64,000 nucleotides of DNA, taken from positions 3,223 through 67,222 of the forward strand of contig JAGWXX010000001.1 of the NCBI GenBank assembly GCA_018969685.1, read 5' to 3'. Within the stretch, counting starts at the first letter, position 1; every line of letters starts with the position of its first letter. The DNA comes from Acidobacteriota bacterium. Lineage in GTDB: Bacteria > Actinomycetota > Acidimicrobiia > Acidimicrobiales > Ilumatobacteraceae. Below are positions 1 to 9,713 of this stretch, piece after piece. The translations under genes and the position numbers were made by a program. The notes under the pieces are model-generated. The model was not told the origin of the DNA. It made no database searches and saw nothing but the letters and a program-made list of their open reading frames with translations.

Positions 1-342
1 CGCCGCTACCTCGGGCTGATGGCGGTGTGCGACGCGGTGGTCGGCAATTCGTCGAGCGGCCTGATCGAGGCGCCGGCCCTGCGCGCTCCGACGGTGAACG
101 TCGGCGACCGCCAGAAGGGCCGCCTGCGCGCCGCGTCGGTCGTCGACTGCGAACCCGAGCGCGGCGAGGTCGCCGCCGCACTGCGACGGGTGCTCGACCC
201 CGCGTTCCGCGGGTCGCTGCCCGGGCAGCCCTCGCGCTACGGCATCGGCGACGCCGCCGTGCGCATCCGAGAGGTGCTCGCGACGACAGACTTGTCCGGC
301 ATCACCATGAAGCACTTCCACGACTGGAGCGAGCCGTCGTGA
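1..342 (+). CDS. neuC: UDP-N-acetylglucosamine 2-epimerase (hydrolysing), NeuC/LegG family; C-terminal fragment, 5' end outside the window
   Basis: Frame of ORF 19..342 stays open to the window edge. The tail carries [27 protein letters not shown], typical of hydrolysing 2-epimerases. The stop overlaps the next start (GTGA 339-342). Confidence 0.7.
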   Translation, partial: RRYLGLMAVCDAVVGNSSSGLIEAPALRAPTVNVGDRQKGRLRAASVVDCEPERGEVAAALRRVLDPAFRGSLPGQPSRYGIGDAAVRIREVLATTDLSGITMKHFHDWSEPS

Positions 343-1412
343 CCGCCGGACCCTTCGTCATCGCCGAGGCCGGCGTGAACCACAACGGCTCCGTCGACCG
401 CGCGCTCGCCATGGTGGACGTCGCCGCCGACGCCGGCGCCGACGCCGTCAAGTTCCAGACGTTCACCGCCACCGCGATGATCGCAGCACACGCGCCGAAG
501 GCCGACTACCAGGTGCAGGCGACGGGATCCGGCCAGAGCCAGCAGGAGATGATCGCGGCACTCGAGCTGTCGGCTGGTGCGCACCGGCTGCTCAAGGACC
601 GGTGCGCCGAGCGGGGCATCGAATTCCTCTCGACGCCGTTCGACCACGGCAGCCTCGTCCTCCTCGTCGACGGCCTCGGCATGCGGACCATCAAGGTGCC
701 GTCGGGCGAGGTCACCAACGCGCCCTTCCTCCTCGAGGTCGGGCGGCGGGCGGAGCGCGTCATCCTCAGCACGGGCATGTGCACGCTCGACGAGGTGCGT
801 GCCGCGCTGAAGGTGCTGTCGTTCGCGTTCGACGAGTCGCGCGGCGGTGCGCCCGACCGCGCGACGGTCGCGTCGCCACTCGACGCCGGCGACCGCGCGC
901 GCCTCGCCGGTCGCGTCACCGTGCTGCAGTGCACGACCGAGTACCCCGCCCCGGTCGCGGAGGCGAACCTCCTCGCGATGGTGGCGATGCAGGAGGCGTT
1001 CGGACTGCCGGTCGGCTACTCCGACCACACCGTCGGCGCGACCGCCGCCGTGGCGGCCGTCGCGCTCGGCGCGACGATGATCGAGAAGCACTTCACGCTC
1101 GACCGGACGCTTCCCGGCCCCGACCACGCCGCGTCCCTCGAGCCCGCCGAGCTCGCCGCGTACGTCGCCGCCGTGCGCGACGCGCGGGCCGCACTGGGGA
1201 GCGCGACCAAGGCTCCCTCCGCATCCGAGGCGAAGAACATCCCCATCGCCCGCAAGAGCGTCGTCGCCAGCCGGCCCATCGCCGCCGGCGAGGTGCTCGG
1301 GCCGGAGAACATGACGACGAAGCGTCCCGCGACCGGGCGCGACCCCTTCGACTACTTCGAGCTGCTCGGCACCGTCGCGCCGCGCGACTTCGGAACGGAC
1401 GACCTGCTGTGA
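339..1412 (+). CDS. neuB: Nonulosonic acid synthase (NeuB/LegI family)
   Basis: GTG 339 is in the frame of ORF 27..1412. Motifs: [27 protein letters not shown], plus a C-terminal SAF-like domain ([15 protein letters not shown]). The upstream part of that ORF is Arg/Pro-rich non-coding-looking sequence. Confidence 0.9.
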   Translation: MTAGPFVIAEAGVNHNGSVDRALAMVDVAADAGADAVKFQTFTATAMIAAHAPKADYQVQATGSGQSQQEMIAALELSAGAHRLLKDRCAERGIEFLSTPFDHGSLVLLVDGLGMRTIKVPSGEVTNAPFLLEVGRRAERVILSTGMCTLDEVRAALKVLSFAFDESRGGAPDRATVASPLDAGDRARLAGRVTVLQCTTEYPAPVAEANLLAMVAMQEAFGLPVGYSDHTVGATAAVAAVALGATMIEKHFTLDRTLPGPDHAASLEPAELAAYVAAVRDARAALGSATKAPSASEAKNIPIARKSVVASRPIAAGEVLGPENMTTKRPATGRDPFDYFELLGTVAPRDFGTDDLL

Positions 1413-2047
1413 GCGGCACGATCGTCGTCGGCGCCGGCGGGCACGCCAAGGTCGTGGCCGAGGCGCTGGCAGCGGCCGGGCTGCCTGTGCGGGGATTCGT
1501 CGACCCGTCGCTGCCGGTCGGCACGTCGGTCGTGCACGGCGCGGTGCTCGGCGACGACGGGTGGCTCGCCGCGGTGTCCGCGCACGAGCGGATCGTCGCC
1601 GTCGGCATCGGCGCGACGTCGTCGGTGGCCCTCCGCCGGAAGGTCGTCGGCGCACTGCTCGCCGGCGGCGCGACCGTCACGGGGTGCCGGCACCCGTCGG
1701 CGGTCGTCGCGGCGTCCGCGACGGTCGATCCGACCGCGCAGATCCTCGCCCTCGCTCTGGTCAACCCGTCGGCAATGGTCGGCGCGCACGCAGTCGTCTA
1801 CAGCGGCGCAGTGGTCGAGCACGACTGCACCGTCGGCGCGTTCGCCTACCTCTCGCCGCGCGCCGTGCTGTGCGGCGGCGCCCGGGTCGGCGAGGGCGCG
1901 TTCATCGGCGCAGCCGCGACCGTGCTGCCGGGCGTGTCGGTCGGCGAGGGCGCAACCGTCGCCGCAGGGGCCGTCGTGGTGGACGACGTGCCGGCCGGCA
2001 CGACCGCGGTGGGCGTTCCCGCGCGGGTCGTAGACTCCCCGCGATGA
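1409..2047 (+). CDS. neuD: Sugar acetyltransferase, NeuD/PglD family (left-handed beta-helix)
   Basis: GTG 1409 (GTGA overlap). [13 protein letters not shown]-domain followed by hexapeptide repeats ([31 protein letters not shown]). Confidence 0.8.
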   Translation: MSGTIVVGAGGHAKVVAEALAAAGLPVRGFVDPSLPVGTSVVHGAVLGDDGWLAAVSAHERIVAVGIGATSSVALRRKVVGALLAGGATVTGCRHPSAVVAASATVDPTAQILALALVNPSAMVGAHAVVYSGAVVEHDCTVGAFAYLSPRAVLCGGARVGEGAFIGAAATVLPGVSVGEGATVAAGAVVVDDVPAGTTAVGVPARVVDSPR

Positions 2048-3084
2048 GGGATTGGCGCTCGGCGCTCGTCTCCCCCTCCGGCACCATGCGCGACGCGGTC
2101 GCGGCGATGAGCGAGAGCGGCTGGCAGATCGCCCTCGTGGCCGACGCATCGGGGCGCCTCCTCGGCGTGCTGACCGACGGCGACATCCGGCGGGCGCTGC
2201 TGCACGGCCGCGAGCTCGCCTCGCCCATCGCGGAGGTGATGAACCCGTCGCCGGTCACGATGCCGGCGGGCAGCTCCAGCGCCGCGGTGAAGGCCACGAT
2301 GTCGCGCGACCTCCTGCACTTCGTGCCGCTCATCGACGCGGAGGGCCGCGTCACCGGCATCGCCACGATCGACGACCTCGTCGGCGAGCAGGAGCGCCCC
2401 AACCCCGTCGTGATCATGGCGGGCGGGCTCGGCAAGCGCCTCCACCCGCTCACCGAGAACTACCCGAAGCCGATGCTCCACGTGGGCGACCGCCCGATCC
2501 TCGAGACGATCGTCACCTCGTTCGCCGACCAGGGCTTCCGCGACATCCACCTGGCGGTGAACTTCCGCAGCGACATCGTCGAGTCGCACTTCGGCGACGG
2601 CTCACGGTTCGGCGTGCGCATCACGTACATCCGCGAGCCGCGGCCGCTGGGCACGGCCGGCGCGCTCTCGCTGCTCGACCCGAAGCCCGAGCTGCCGGTG
2701 ATCGTGATGAACGGCGACCTCCTCACGCGCATGTCGTGCGACGCCCTGCTCGAGTTCCACGCGCGCAGCGCCGCCGACGCGACGATGGTGGTGCGCGAGG
2801 CGTCGTTCGACCTCCCGTTCGGCGTGGTCACCGTCGAGGGCGCGTCGATCGTGCAGATCGCCGAGAAGCCGCAGCGCACCTACCTCGTCAACGCCGGCAT
2901 CTACGTCATCTCGCCCGGCCTGCTGCGGTCGATCCCCGCCGACGAATACCTCGACATGCCCGCGCTGTTCGACGGCGCCATCTCGGACGGCCGCAAGACC
3001 GTGGCGTTCCCGCTGCACGAGTACTGGATCGACATCGGCCGGCTCGAGGAGCTCGAGCGCGCGCAGGCCGAGTGGAACCAGTGA
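2044..3084 (+). CDS. ptmE: CBS-domain sugar-1-phosphate nucleotidyltransferase (PtmE-like)
   Basis: ATG 2044 (ATGA overlap). N-terminal CBS pair, then [23 protein letters not shown] nucleotidyltransferase motif and a GTAGAL region. Confidence 0.8.
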   Translation: MRDWRSALVSPSGTMRDAVAAMSESGWQIALVADASGRLLGVLTDGDIRRALLHGRELASPIAEVMNPSPVTMPAGSSSAAVKATMSRDLLHFVPLIDAEGRVTGIATIDDLVGEQERPNPVVIMAGGLGKRLHPLTENYPKPMLHVGDRPILETIVTSFADQGFRDIHLAVNFRSDIVESHFGDGSRFGVRITYIREPRPLGTAGALSLLDPKPELPVIVMNGDLLTRMSCDALLEFHARSAADATMVVREASFDLPFGVVTVEGASIVQIAEKPQRTYLVNAGIYVISPGLLRSIPADEYLDMPALFDGAISDGRKTVAFPLHEYWIDIGRLEELERAQAEWNQ

Positions 3085-3100
3085 CCCGGGTGGCTGCCGG

Positions 3101-3805
3101 GTGATCGACGGACTCCGCGTCCTCGCGGTCGTCCCCGCGAGGGGAGGCTCGAAGGGCATCCCCGGGAAGAACCTCGCCGAGGTCGGCGGCGTCCCGATGC
3201 TCGAACTCGCCGTGCGCTGCGCACGGCAGTCGCGCCACGTCGACGAAGTGGCCGTCACGTCGGACGACGCCGCGATCCTCGCGCGCGCCGGCGCGCTGCC
3301 CGGCGTCACGGTCGTCCGCCGCCCCGCCGAACTGGCCACCGACGACGTCGCGATGGCACCGGTGGTTGCGCACGCCGTCGGCGAGTGCGCACCGTGCGAC
3401 GTCGTCGTGCTGCTGCAGCCCACGTCCCCGCTGCGCGAGCCGGGCGACGTCGACGGCGCGCTCGAGCTGCTCGTGTCGCGCGGCGCCGGATCGGTCGTGT
3501 CGGTCGCACCCGTCGCGACGTCGCCGTGGTGGATGTACGTGGTGGACGGGGACGGCCGCATGTCGCCCGTGCTGCCGAAGTCGACTGCCGCGACGCGCCA
3601 GGAGCTCCCCGACGTCGTCGCGGTGAACGGCGCCGTGTACGCCGTGCGCACGGAGCGGTTCCTCGCGGCACCCGCCTTCGTCGACGCCGACACGCTCGCC
3701 TACCCGATGCCGCGCGAGCGGTCGATCGACGTGGACACGCCCGCCGACCTCGCGGTCGCGCGGGCCCTCGCCTCGGGCCGTCCGGTAGCCTCGGGCGACG
3801 CGTGA
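3101..3805 (+). CDS. neuA: CMP-nonulosonic acid synthetase (acylneuraminate cytidylyltransferase family)
   Basis: AVVPARGGSKGIPGKN and LLQPTSPLR motifs of the CMP-sugar-acid synthetase fold. Confidence 0.85.
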   Translation: MIDGLRVLAVVPARGGSKGIPGKNLAEVGGVPMLELAVRCARQSRHVDEVAVTSDDAAILARAGALPGVTVVRRPAELATDDVAMAPVVAHAVGECAPCDVVVLLQPTSPLREPGDVDGALELLVSRGAGSVVSVAPVATSPWWMYVVDGDGRMSPVLPKSTAATRQELPDVVAVNGAVYAVRTERFLAAPAFVDADTLAYPMPRERSIDVDTPADLAVARALASGRPVASGDA

Positions 3806-3821
3806 GTCGCTGGAGGGCCCC

Positions 3822-4934
3822 GTGAGCGACCTGTATTGGTGCACCAACTGCCTGAACATGTCCACGCGCCCGCGCATCAGCTTCGACGATCGCGGCTGGT
3901 GCAACGCCTGCCAGTGGGTCGAGGAGAAGCAGACCCTCGACTGGGGCGCCCGGCAGCGCGAGCTCGAGGCGCTCCTGGCGCGCCACAAGCGCACCGACGG
4001 GCGCTTCGACTGCGCGACGACCGTGAGCGGCGGCAAGGACGGGTCGTACGTGTCGTACAACGTCCAGCACCGGCACGGCATGAACCCGCTCGCGATCACC
4101 GTCACCCCGGCCCTCGCCCTCGAGCTGGGGAACCGCAACCTCCGCAACTTCATCGAGTCGGGCTACAACCACCTGCAGGTCAACGCCGACCCCACGGTGA
4201 TGCGGATCCTCAACCGCGAGGGCTTCCTGCTCACGGGGTTCCCGTACTTCGGATGGCTGATGGCGATGCAGGCCGCGCCGATCCGCACCGCGATCAACCT
4301 CGGCATCGGGCTGATCTTCTATGGCGAGGACGGCGAGGTCGAGTACGGCGGGTCGACGGCGCTCAAGAACCGTGCGATCTACGACATCGACTTCATGCGC
4401 CGCATCTACCTCGAGGGCGGGCAGGACAAGGTGCTGAAGGCCTCCGGCATCCCGCTGGAGAAGCTCTACTTCTTCATGTTCCCCACCGAGGAGGAGCTCG
4501 CGGGGCGCCGGCTCGAGATCGCGCACTGGTCGTACTTCGAGTCCTGGGACCCGTACCGCAACTACCTCGTCGCCAAGGAGCACTGCGGGCTGGAGGAGGC
4601 CGAAGCCTCGAACTCCGGCACATTCACGAACTTCGCGCAGAACGATCAGGCGCTCTACGCGCTGCACACCTACGTCATGTACCTCAAGTTCGGCTTCGGC
4701 CGCGCCACGCAGGACGTGGGCATCGAGATCCGCAGGGGCGCCATGTCGCGCGACCAGGGCGTCAACCTCGTGCGGCTCTACGACGGCCACTATCCCGAGG
4801 AGTACGTTGAGCTCTACCTCGACTACTACGGCATGGACCGGGCCGAGTTCGACGCGGCGCTGGACCGGTGGGCCAACACCGACCTGTTCGAGAAGCGCAG
4901 CGGCCGCTGGGCGCCGACGTTCGAGGTCAGGTAA
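3822..4934 (+). CDS. N-acetyl sugar amidotransferase (WbpG/PseA-like, acetamidino group formation)
   Basis: N-terminal Cys pairs CTNC...CNAC and a PP-loop-like VSGGKDGS. Followed directly by HisH and HisF paralogues, the usual partners of this family. Confidence 0.8.
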   Translation: MSDLYWCTNCLNMSTRPRISFDDRGWCNACQWVEEKQTLDWGARQRELEALLARHKRTDGRFDCATTVSGGKDGSYVSYNVQHRHGMNPLAITVTPALALELGNRNLRNFIESGYNHLQVNADPTVMRILNREGFLLTGFPYFGWLMAMQAAPIRTAINLGIGLIFYGEDGEVEYGGSTALKNRAIYDIDFMRRIYLEGGQDKVLKASGIPLEKLYFFMFPTEEELAGRRLEIAHWSYFESWDPYRNYLVAKEHCGLEEAEASNSGTFTNFAQNDQALYALHTYVMYLKFGFGRATQDVGIEIRRGAMSRDQGVNLVRLYDGHYPEEYVELYLDYYGMDRAEFDAALDRWANTDLFEKRSGRWAPTFEVR

Positions 4935-4941
4935 CGGCCCC

Positions 4942-5556
4942 GTGACACTCCCCGTCGTCATCGTGGACTACGGGATGGGCAACCTCTTCTCGGTGGCCAG
5001 TGCGCTGCGCTACCTCGGCGCCGAGCCGTCGATCAGCAGCGACCCCGAGGTGGTCGCCCGCTCGCCGCACACGATCCTCCCGGGGGTCGGCTCGTTCCGT
5101 CTGGCGATGGACCGCATCCGCGCCGGTGCGCTCGACGAGGCGATGCACTCCTCGCTGGGCGCGGGCGGCAGGCTGCTGGGCATCTGCCTCGGCATGCAGC
5201 TGCTCGGCGCGTCCTCCATCGAGGACGGCACGACCGCCGGGCTCGGCCTCGTGCCCAACGTCGTCGCGCGGCTCGACGACTCCGGCGGGCTCAAGGTGCC
5301 GCACGTCGGATTCAACGAGGTCCACGTCACCGAGCGCTCCGGGTTGTTCGCGGACCTCCCCGAGAAGCCGCACTTCTACTTCGTCCACTCGTTCCGGATG
5401 GAGGAGGGCTCGCTCTCGTGCCCGCGCGCGACGTGCGACTACGGCGGGCGCTTCCTCGCGGCGTTCGATGCGGGGCAGGTGAGCGGCACCCAGTTCCACC
5501 CCGAGAAGAGCCAGTCGGCCGGGCTCACCGTGATCAGGAACTTCCTCCGCCGATGA
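4942..5556 (+). CDS. Class I glutamine amidotransferase, HisH paralogue
   Basis: GTG 4942. Motifs: VVIVDYGMGNLFSV, nucleophile GICLGMQLL, FHPEKS. Confidence 0.9.
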   Translation: MTLPVVIVDYGMGNLFSVASALRYLGAEPSISSDPEVVARSPHTILPGVGSFRLAMDRIRAGALDEAMHSSLGAGGRLLGICLGMQLLGASSIEDGTTAGLGLVPNVVARLDDSGGLKVPHVGFNEVHVTERSGLFADLPEKPHFYFVHSFRMEEGSLSCPRATCDYGGRFLAAFDAGQVSGTQFHPEKSQSAGLTVIRNFLRR

Positions 5557-6362
5557 CCGCACTCAAGAAGCGGCTGATGTTCGCGCTGCTGTACGACGGC
5601 GGGAACTTCATGCTCAGCAGGAATTTCCGGCTGCAGCGCGTCGGCGACATCGAGTGGCTCGAGCGCAACTACAACTTCCGCGAGACCGCGCTGTCGATCG
5701 ACGAACTCGTGATCCTGAACGTCGAGCGCGGGCGCGCTTCGATGGACGGCTTCCTCTCGCACGTCAAGCGGCTGAACGACGACTGCTTCGTGCCGATCAC
5801 CGCGGGCGGCGGCGTGCGCTCCGTCGACGACGCGCGCGTGCTCCTCCGCTCCGGCGCCGACAAGGTGGCGATCAACACCGTCCTCTGGACGGATCCGGCG
5901 CTGGTCGCCGGGCTCGCGAGCGAGTTCGGCCGCCAGTGCCTCGTCGCGTCGGTGGACGTGAGGTCCACGGCGGACGGCCACCGCGCCGTCGTGGCGAACG
6001 GCACCGAGGAGCTCCCCATGCCCGCCGCCGAGTGGCTCTCGCGCGTCGCCACGATGCCGATTGGCGAGATCTTCCTCACCTCCGTCGACCGCGACGGCAC
6101 CGGCCAGGGCTTCGACGACGCGGTCCTCGACCTCGTGCCGCCCGATCTGCCGGTGCCCCTGATCGTCGCGGGCGGCGCCGGCAAGGCCGAGCACTTCGCC
6201 GCACCGCTCCAGCGCGACGAGGTCGGCGCCGCGTGCACGGCGCACCTCTTCAACTTCGTCGGGCAGAGCCTCGCGACGTCGCGCGCCCACCTGCGCGGCG
6301 CGGGCGTCGACCTCGTGGAGTGGGACCCGGACCTCCTGCGCGGCCTCGCCGGTAGCGTCTGA
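5553..6362 (+). CDS. HisF-like cyclase/ammonia-channel subunit paralogue (TIM barrel)
   Basis: ATG 5553 (ATGA overlap). Motifs: PITAGGGVRS, ADKVAINT, SVDRDGTGQGFD. Confidence 0.85.
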   Translation: MTALKKRLMFALLYDGGNFMLSRNFRLQRVGDIEWLERNYNFRETALSIDELVILNVERGRASMDGFLSHVKRLNDDCFVPITAGGGVRSVDDARVLLRSGADKVAINTVLWTDPALVAGLASEFGRQCLVASVDVRSTADGHRAVVANGTEELPMPAAEWLSRVATMPIGEIFLTSVDRDGTGQGFDDAVLDLVPPDLPVPLIVAGGAGKAEHFAAPLQRDEVGAACTAHLFNFVGQSLATSRAHLRGAGVDLVEWDPDLLRGLAGSV

Positions 6363-6370
6363 GCCGACGC

Positions 6371-7393
6371 ATGCTGGTCCGCAAGTTCCGTCCCTTCACG
6401 TGCGACGTGATCGTCGTCGACGGCATGTGGGGCGTCGGCAAGACCGCAGTGACCTCCGTCATTGGCTCCATGCCGCGGGTTGAGAAGATGCGCATTGAAC
6501 CGGTGCATGAATACGCGTGCATCCTCCACCACCTCGGACGGATGTCCGCCGACGCCGCGGGCTTCCTCATCTCGACGTACGCCGACCACGACCAGTACCA
6601 CAACCTGATCGGACGCGAGGTCAACTTCCGCCCGGGCGACGCCTCGGGCACGGGGAACACCCCGGGGAGCACCCTGCGGTACCTCCGGCGCATGTTCGCC
6701 GACGACGGCGACCACGTGGTTGCCGGAATCAACTCGCGCAACATCGCCCACCAGGCGGTCACCCACCAGGTGCTGCCCGTTGCCGGGCCGATCTTCGACG
6801 CCTTCGGCGACCGGCTGCGGATGCTGCACATCGTGCGCCACCCGGTCCACCTCGTGCGCTACTGGCGCGACTACCTCGCCGACCTCGACCGCGAGCGCGA
6901 GTTCACGGTGTCGGTCGACCATGGGGGCGCGAAGGTGCCCTGGTGGGCCGCGGGGTGGGCCGACCGCTGGGAGGGGATGTCGACCATCGACCGGACGGTC
7001 GCGTCCCTCATCGAGGTGTACCGGTCGATCTTCGCCGCAGTCGACGCACGCGGTGGCGACCCGAGGCTGCTGGTGCTGTCCTTCGAGGACGTCGTCATGC
7101 GCCCTGCGCCCTCGTTCGCGGCCATCTCGTCGTTCCTCGGTCGGCCGCTCGGGCGCCGGACCGACGGCATCCTCGTCCGTGAACGCATCCCGCGCCCCAC
7201 CATCACGCACGGCCGCGCGTTCTCCGTGCACAACTGGGCGTCGTCGGGCGAGGCCACCGAGGCCGAGATCTACGCCGCGGAGCTCGCGCTCGTGACCGGC
7301 GCAGCGAGCCCCGCGCTCGTCGACGGATTCCTCGAGCTGGTCGAGGAGTACGACCGGCGCCACCCCTGCGAGCTCGCGGGACTGCGACCGTGA
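6371..7393 (+). CDS. Sulfotransferase-like P-loop protein (hypothetical)
   Basis: DGMWGVGKT (5'-phosphosulfate-binding-like loop), LHIVRHPVHLVRYW (3'-phosphate-binding-like) and LLVLSFEDVVMRP...FLG. Motif-level assignment only. Confidence 0.45.
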   Translation: MLVRKFRPFTCDVIVVDGMWGVGKTAVTSVIGSMPRVEKMRIEPVHEYACILHHLGRMSADAAGFLISTYADHDQYHNLIGREVNFRPGDASGTGNTPGSTLRYLRRMFADDGDHVVAGINSRNIAHQAVTHQVLPVAGPIFDAFGDRLRMLHIVRHPVHLVRYWRDYLADLDREREFTVSVDHGGAKVPWWAAGWADRWEGMSTIDRTVASLIEVYRSIFAAVDARGGDPRLLVLSFEDVVMRPAPSFAAISSFLGRPLGRRTDGILVRERIPRPTITHGRAFSVHNWASSGEATEAEIYAAELALVTGAASPALVDGFLELVEEYDRRHPCELAGLRP

Positions 7394-8541
7394 CGCGGGC
7401 CGCGGCGCGGCTCTCCGCGATCGGGCGCGTGCTCCTTCCGCCGCGCCGGGCGCAGGTGGCGATCGTCGACGCAGAGGGAGCCGACGACCTGCTGGCCTAC
7501 GTGCGCGAGGAATCGACGGCCATCGTCGACCTGCGGCGCAGGCACCTGAACGCGTGGGTGCTCGCACGGACGGTGCTGCGCGGGCGGCGCTCGATGCTCG
7601 ACTACGCCGCGGCGTACCTCCGCACCGTGAAGCCGGCCGTGGTGCTGACGATGATCGACACCACGCCGCTCTTCTACCGGCTCAAGGCCCGGTGGCCGTC
7701 CGCCACCTACGTCTCGGTCCAGAACGGGTGGCGCGCGCACGAGTTCGTGCGCGACCTCCGCGCCGAGGGCGGCGAGCCGCTGGTCGCGGACCGCGTCCTG
7801 TGCTTCGGCGAGGCGGCGGCCAGCCTCTACCGCGAGCACATCGGCGCCGAGCCGGTGGTCATCGGCAGCCTCCGCAACAACGCCGCGCCGCAGGTCGCGG
7901 CAGGGACCGGCCGGGGAACCGTCGCGCTCATCTCGACGCTGCGCGACAAGGTCGACCTCGACTCCTGGATGGTCGGCTACGACGGCGAGCCGCTCGTGCG
8001 CTACCGCGAGGTCTTCGACCGGCGGCTGCAGCTCGCCTCGTGGGTGGCCGAGTTCTGCAGGTCGGCCCGCCTCCATCTCCGCGTGGTCGGCAAGGACCTC
8101 GACTCCGCCCGCGAGCGGGGTTTCTACCGGGACCTGCTCGGCCCGGAGGGCGACGGCTGGAGCTTCGCCGCACGGCGCGGTCCGCAGAGCAGCTACGACG
8201 AGATCTCGCGGGCGCGCATCGTGGTGTCGACCAGCAGCACCCTCGGCTACGAGGCACTTGCACGCGGCATCCGCACGGCGTTCTTCATGCTCGACGCCGA
8301 GCTCCCGGGCCGGTTCGGCGACCGGTTCGGCTGGCCCCTGCCACTGGGCGACGACGGCCCGCTGTGGGCGAACCGGCTCGACCGGGACGCCGTCGCGGAG
8401 GTGCTCGGAGGCCTCCACCGAATGAACGACGTCGAGTGGTCGCACGCCCTGCGCGAATGGGTGCCGCGGCTGATCGACCACGACCCCGGCAACACCCGGC
8501 TCCGCGCGCTGCTCGGTTCGCTCGGCGTGGGGAGGTCGTGA
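7390..8541 (+). CDS. Hypothetical protein, possible GT-B-like glycosyl/nonulosonyl transferase
   Basis: GTG 7390 (GTGA overlap). Coding-like high-GC3 frame. RIVVSTSSTLGYEALARGIRTAF resembles the donor-binding half of GT-B or capsule-type transferases. No confident family. Confidence 0.35.
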   Translation: MTRAAARLSAIGRVLLPPRRAQVAIVDAEGADDLLAYVREESTAIVDLRRRHLNAWVLARTVLRGRRSMLDYAAAYLRTVKPAVVLTMIDTTPLFYRLKARWPSATYVSVQNGWRAHEFVRDLRAEGGEPLVADRVLCFGEAAASLYREHIGAEPVVIGSLRNNAAPQVAAGTGRGTVALISTLRDKVDLDSWMVGYDGEPLVRYREVFDRRLQLASWVAEFCRSARLHLRVVGKDLDSARERGFYRDLLGPEGDGWSFAARRGPQSSYDEISRARIVVSTSSTLGYEALARGIRTAFFMLDAELPGRFGDRFGWPLPLGDDGPLWANRLDRDAVAEVLGGLHRMNDVEWSHALREWVPRLIDHDPGNTRLRALLGSLGVGRS

Positions 8542-9713
8542 TGGGCCTCCCCCGCCTCCTGTTCCTCGTCGAGAGCCCGTTCAGCGGGAGGGACGCCGAG
8601 CGATTCGGCATCGACGTGCTCTCCGAGTCGTTCGAGGTCACGGTGGTCGACGCCACGGCGGCGGTGTCGCCGTCGTTCTGGCGGGCGTACCACGGGGTGC
8701 AATCGGACGATCCCCGCATCGCAACGGTGACGAACGAAGCCGAACTGGAGTGGGTGTTCGCGTCGCGCGCACCGGCGGCCGTCATCAGCAACCTCGGCCT
8801 CAACAGCTTCCGGCGGAAGGTCTACGCACTCGCCAGGGAGAGCGGCGCCGTCACCCTGCGGTTCCAGCTGGGCTCGATCCCCGGCGACGTGGTCATCGCC
8901 GAGTCCACGAGGAAGCGGTTCGAGGTGCGCGTGCGGCAGCTGCGGTCGCCGCGGGAATTCCTCCCCGCCCTGCTCCGCTCGCTCGCGAGGCGCATCAGGC
9001 CGGTGCCCGTCCCGGCTCTGTACGTCGCCGGCGGCAGCGCGGTGTCGACGGCGTGGCCCGAGCGGCGGACCCGGACGATCCACGCGCACAGCATGGACGT
9101 CGACGCCTACCGTGCCGCCGCGGCGGACCCGCGGTCGGACGGAGCGCCGATCGTGCTCTACCTCGACCAGCACCTCGGCCTGCACTCCGACTACGAGCAC
9201 AACGGTGTGAGCAGGCCGGTCGATCCGGAGCGCTTCTATCCGGCGCTGCGAGGCTTCTTCGCCCACGTGACGGCGGCGACCGGTCTACCCGTCACGGTCG
9301 CACTGCACCCGCGCGCGCCGCGCGAGACGGCGCACGAGCGCTTCGGCGACGTCGCCATCGCCGACGCGCCGACCTCCGTGCTGGCCCGCCGCACCGCGCT
9401 CTTCCTCGGGCACGGATCGACCGCGCTCTCGTACGCGGTCCTCTCGCACCGGCCCGCGCTGCTGATCGGCGGCGACGAGCTCATGTCGTCGTGGTTCGGC
9501 CACCACGTCAGGTCGTTCGCCGACGCGCTCGGCGCGCCGATCGTCGCCGTCGACGCAGGCGCCGATGCGGTTGCTGCCGCGATCCGGCCGGTCGACGAGG
9601 AGCGGTACCGTCGGTACGCCCACGACCACCTCACCAGCGTGCCGGACGACCCCCGGCCGACCTGGCGGATCGTGGCCGACGAACTCCTGGCCGAACTGGA
9701 GCAGCGCCGATGA
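8541..9713 (+). CDS. Hypothetical protein, possible GT-B-like/capsule-polymer transferase
   Basis: ATG 8541 overlaps the previous stop by 1 nt (TGATG). ALFLGHGSTALSYAVLSHRPALLIG motif. No confident family. Confidence 0.35.
   Translation: MGLPRLLFLVESPFSGRDAERFGIDVLSESFEVTVVDATAAVSPSFWRAYHGVQSDDPRIATVTNEAELEWVFASRAPAAVISNLGLNSFRRKVYALARESGAVTLRFQLGSIPGDVVIAESTRKRFEVRVRQLRSPREFLPALLRSLARRIRPVPVPALYVAGGSAVSTAWPERRTRTIHAHSMDVDAYRAAAADPRSDGAPIVLYLDQHLGLHSDYEHNGVSRPVDPERFYPALRGFFAHVTAATGLPVTVALHPRAPRETAHERFGDVAIADAPTSVLARRTALFLGHGSTALSYAVLSHRPALLIGGDELMSSWFGHHVRSFADALGAPIVAVDAGADAVAAAIRPVDEERYRRYAHDHLTSVPDDPRPTWRIVADELLAELEQRR

Noticed and set aside
237-1655. Long antisense or out-of-frame ORFs throughout the window. 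Examples: 237-1655(-), 3306-4961(-), 5669-7567(-), 20882-23044(-), 24587-27826(+), 45395-48598(-, 1067 aa), and the N-terminal 780 codons of 36897-40070(+).
   Set aside because: Their translations are Arg/Pro/Ala/Gly-rich low-complexity strings with no motifs. They overlap genes that have clear family signatures. Open shadow frames like these are expected in DNA of about 70% GC.
4942-6362. hisH/hisF as the housekeeping histidine biosynthesis genes.
   Set aside because: They lie between a WbpG-like amidotransferase and glycan genes with none of hisA, hisB or hisD nearby. This is the arrangement of the dedicated paralogues used for acetamidino sugar formation.
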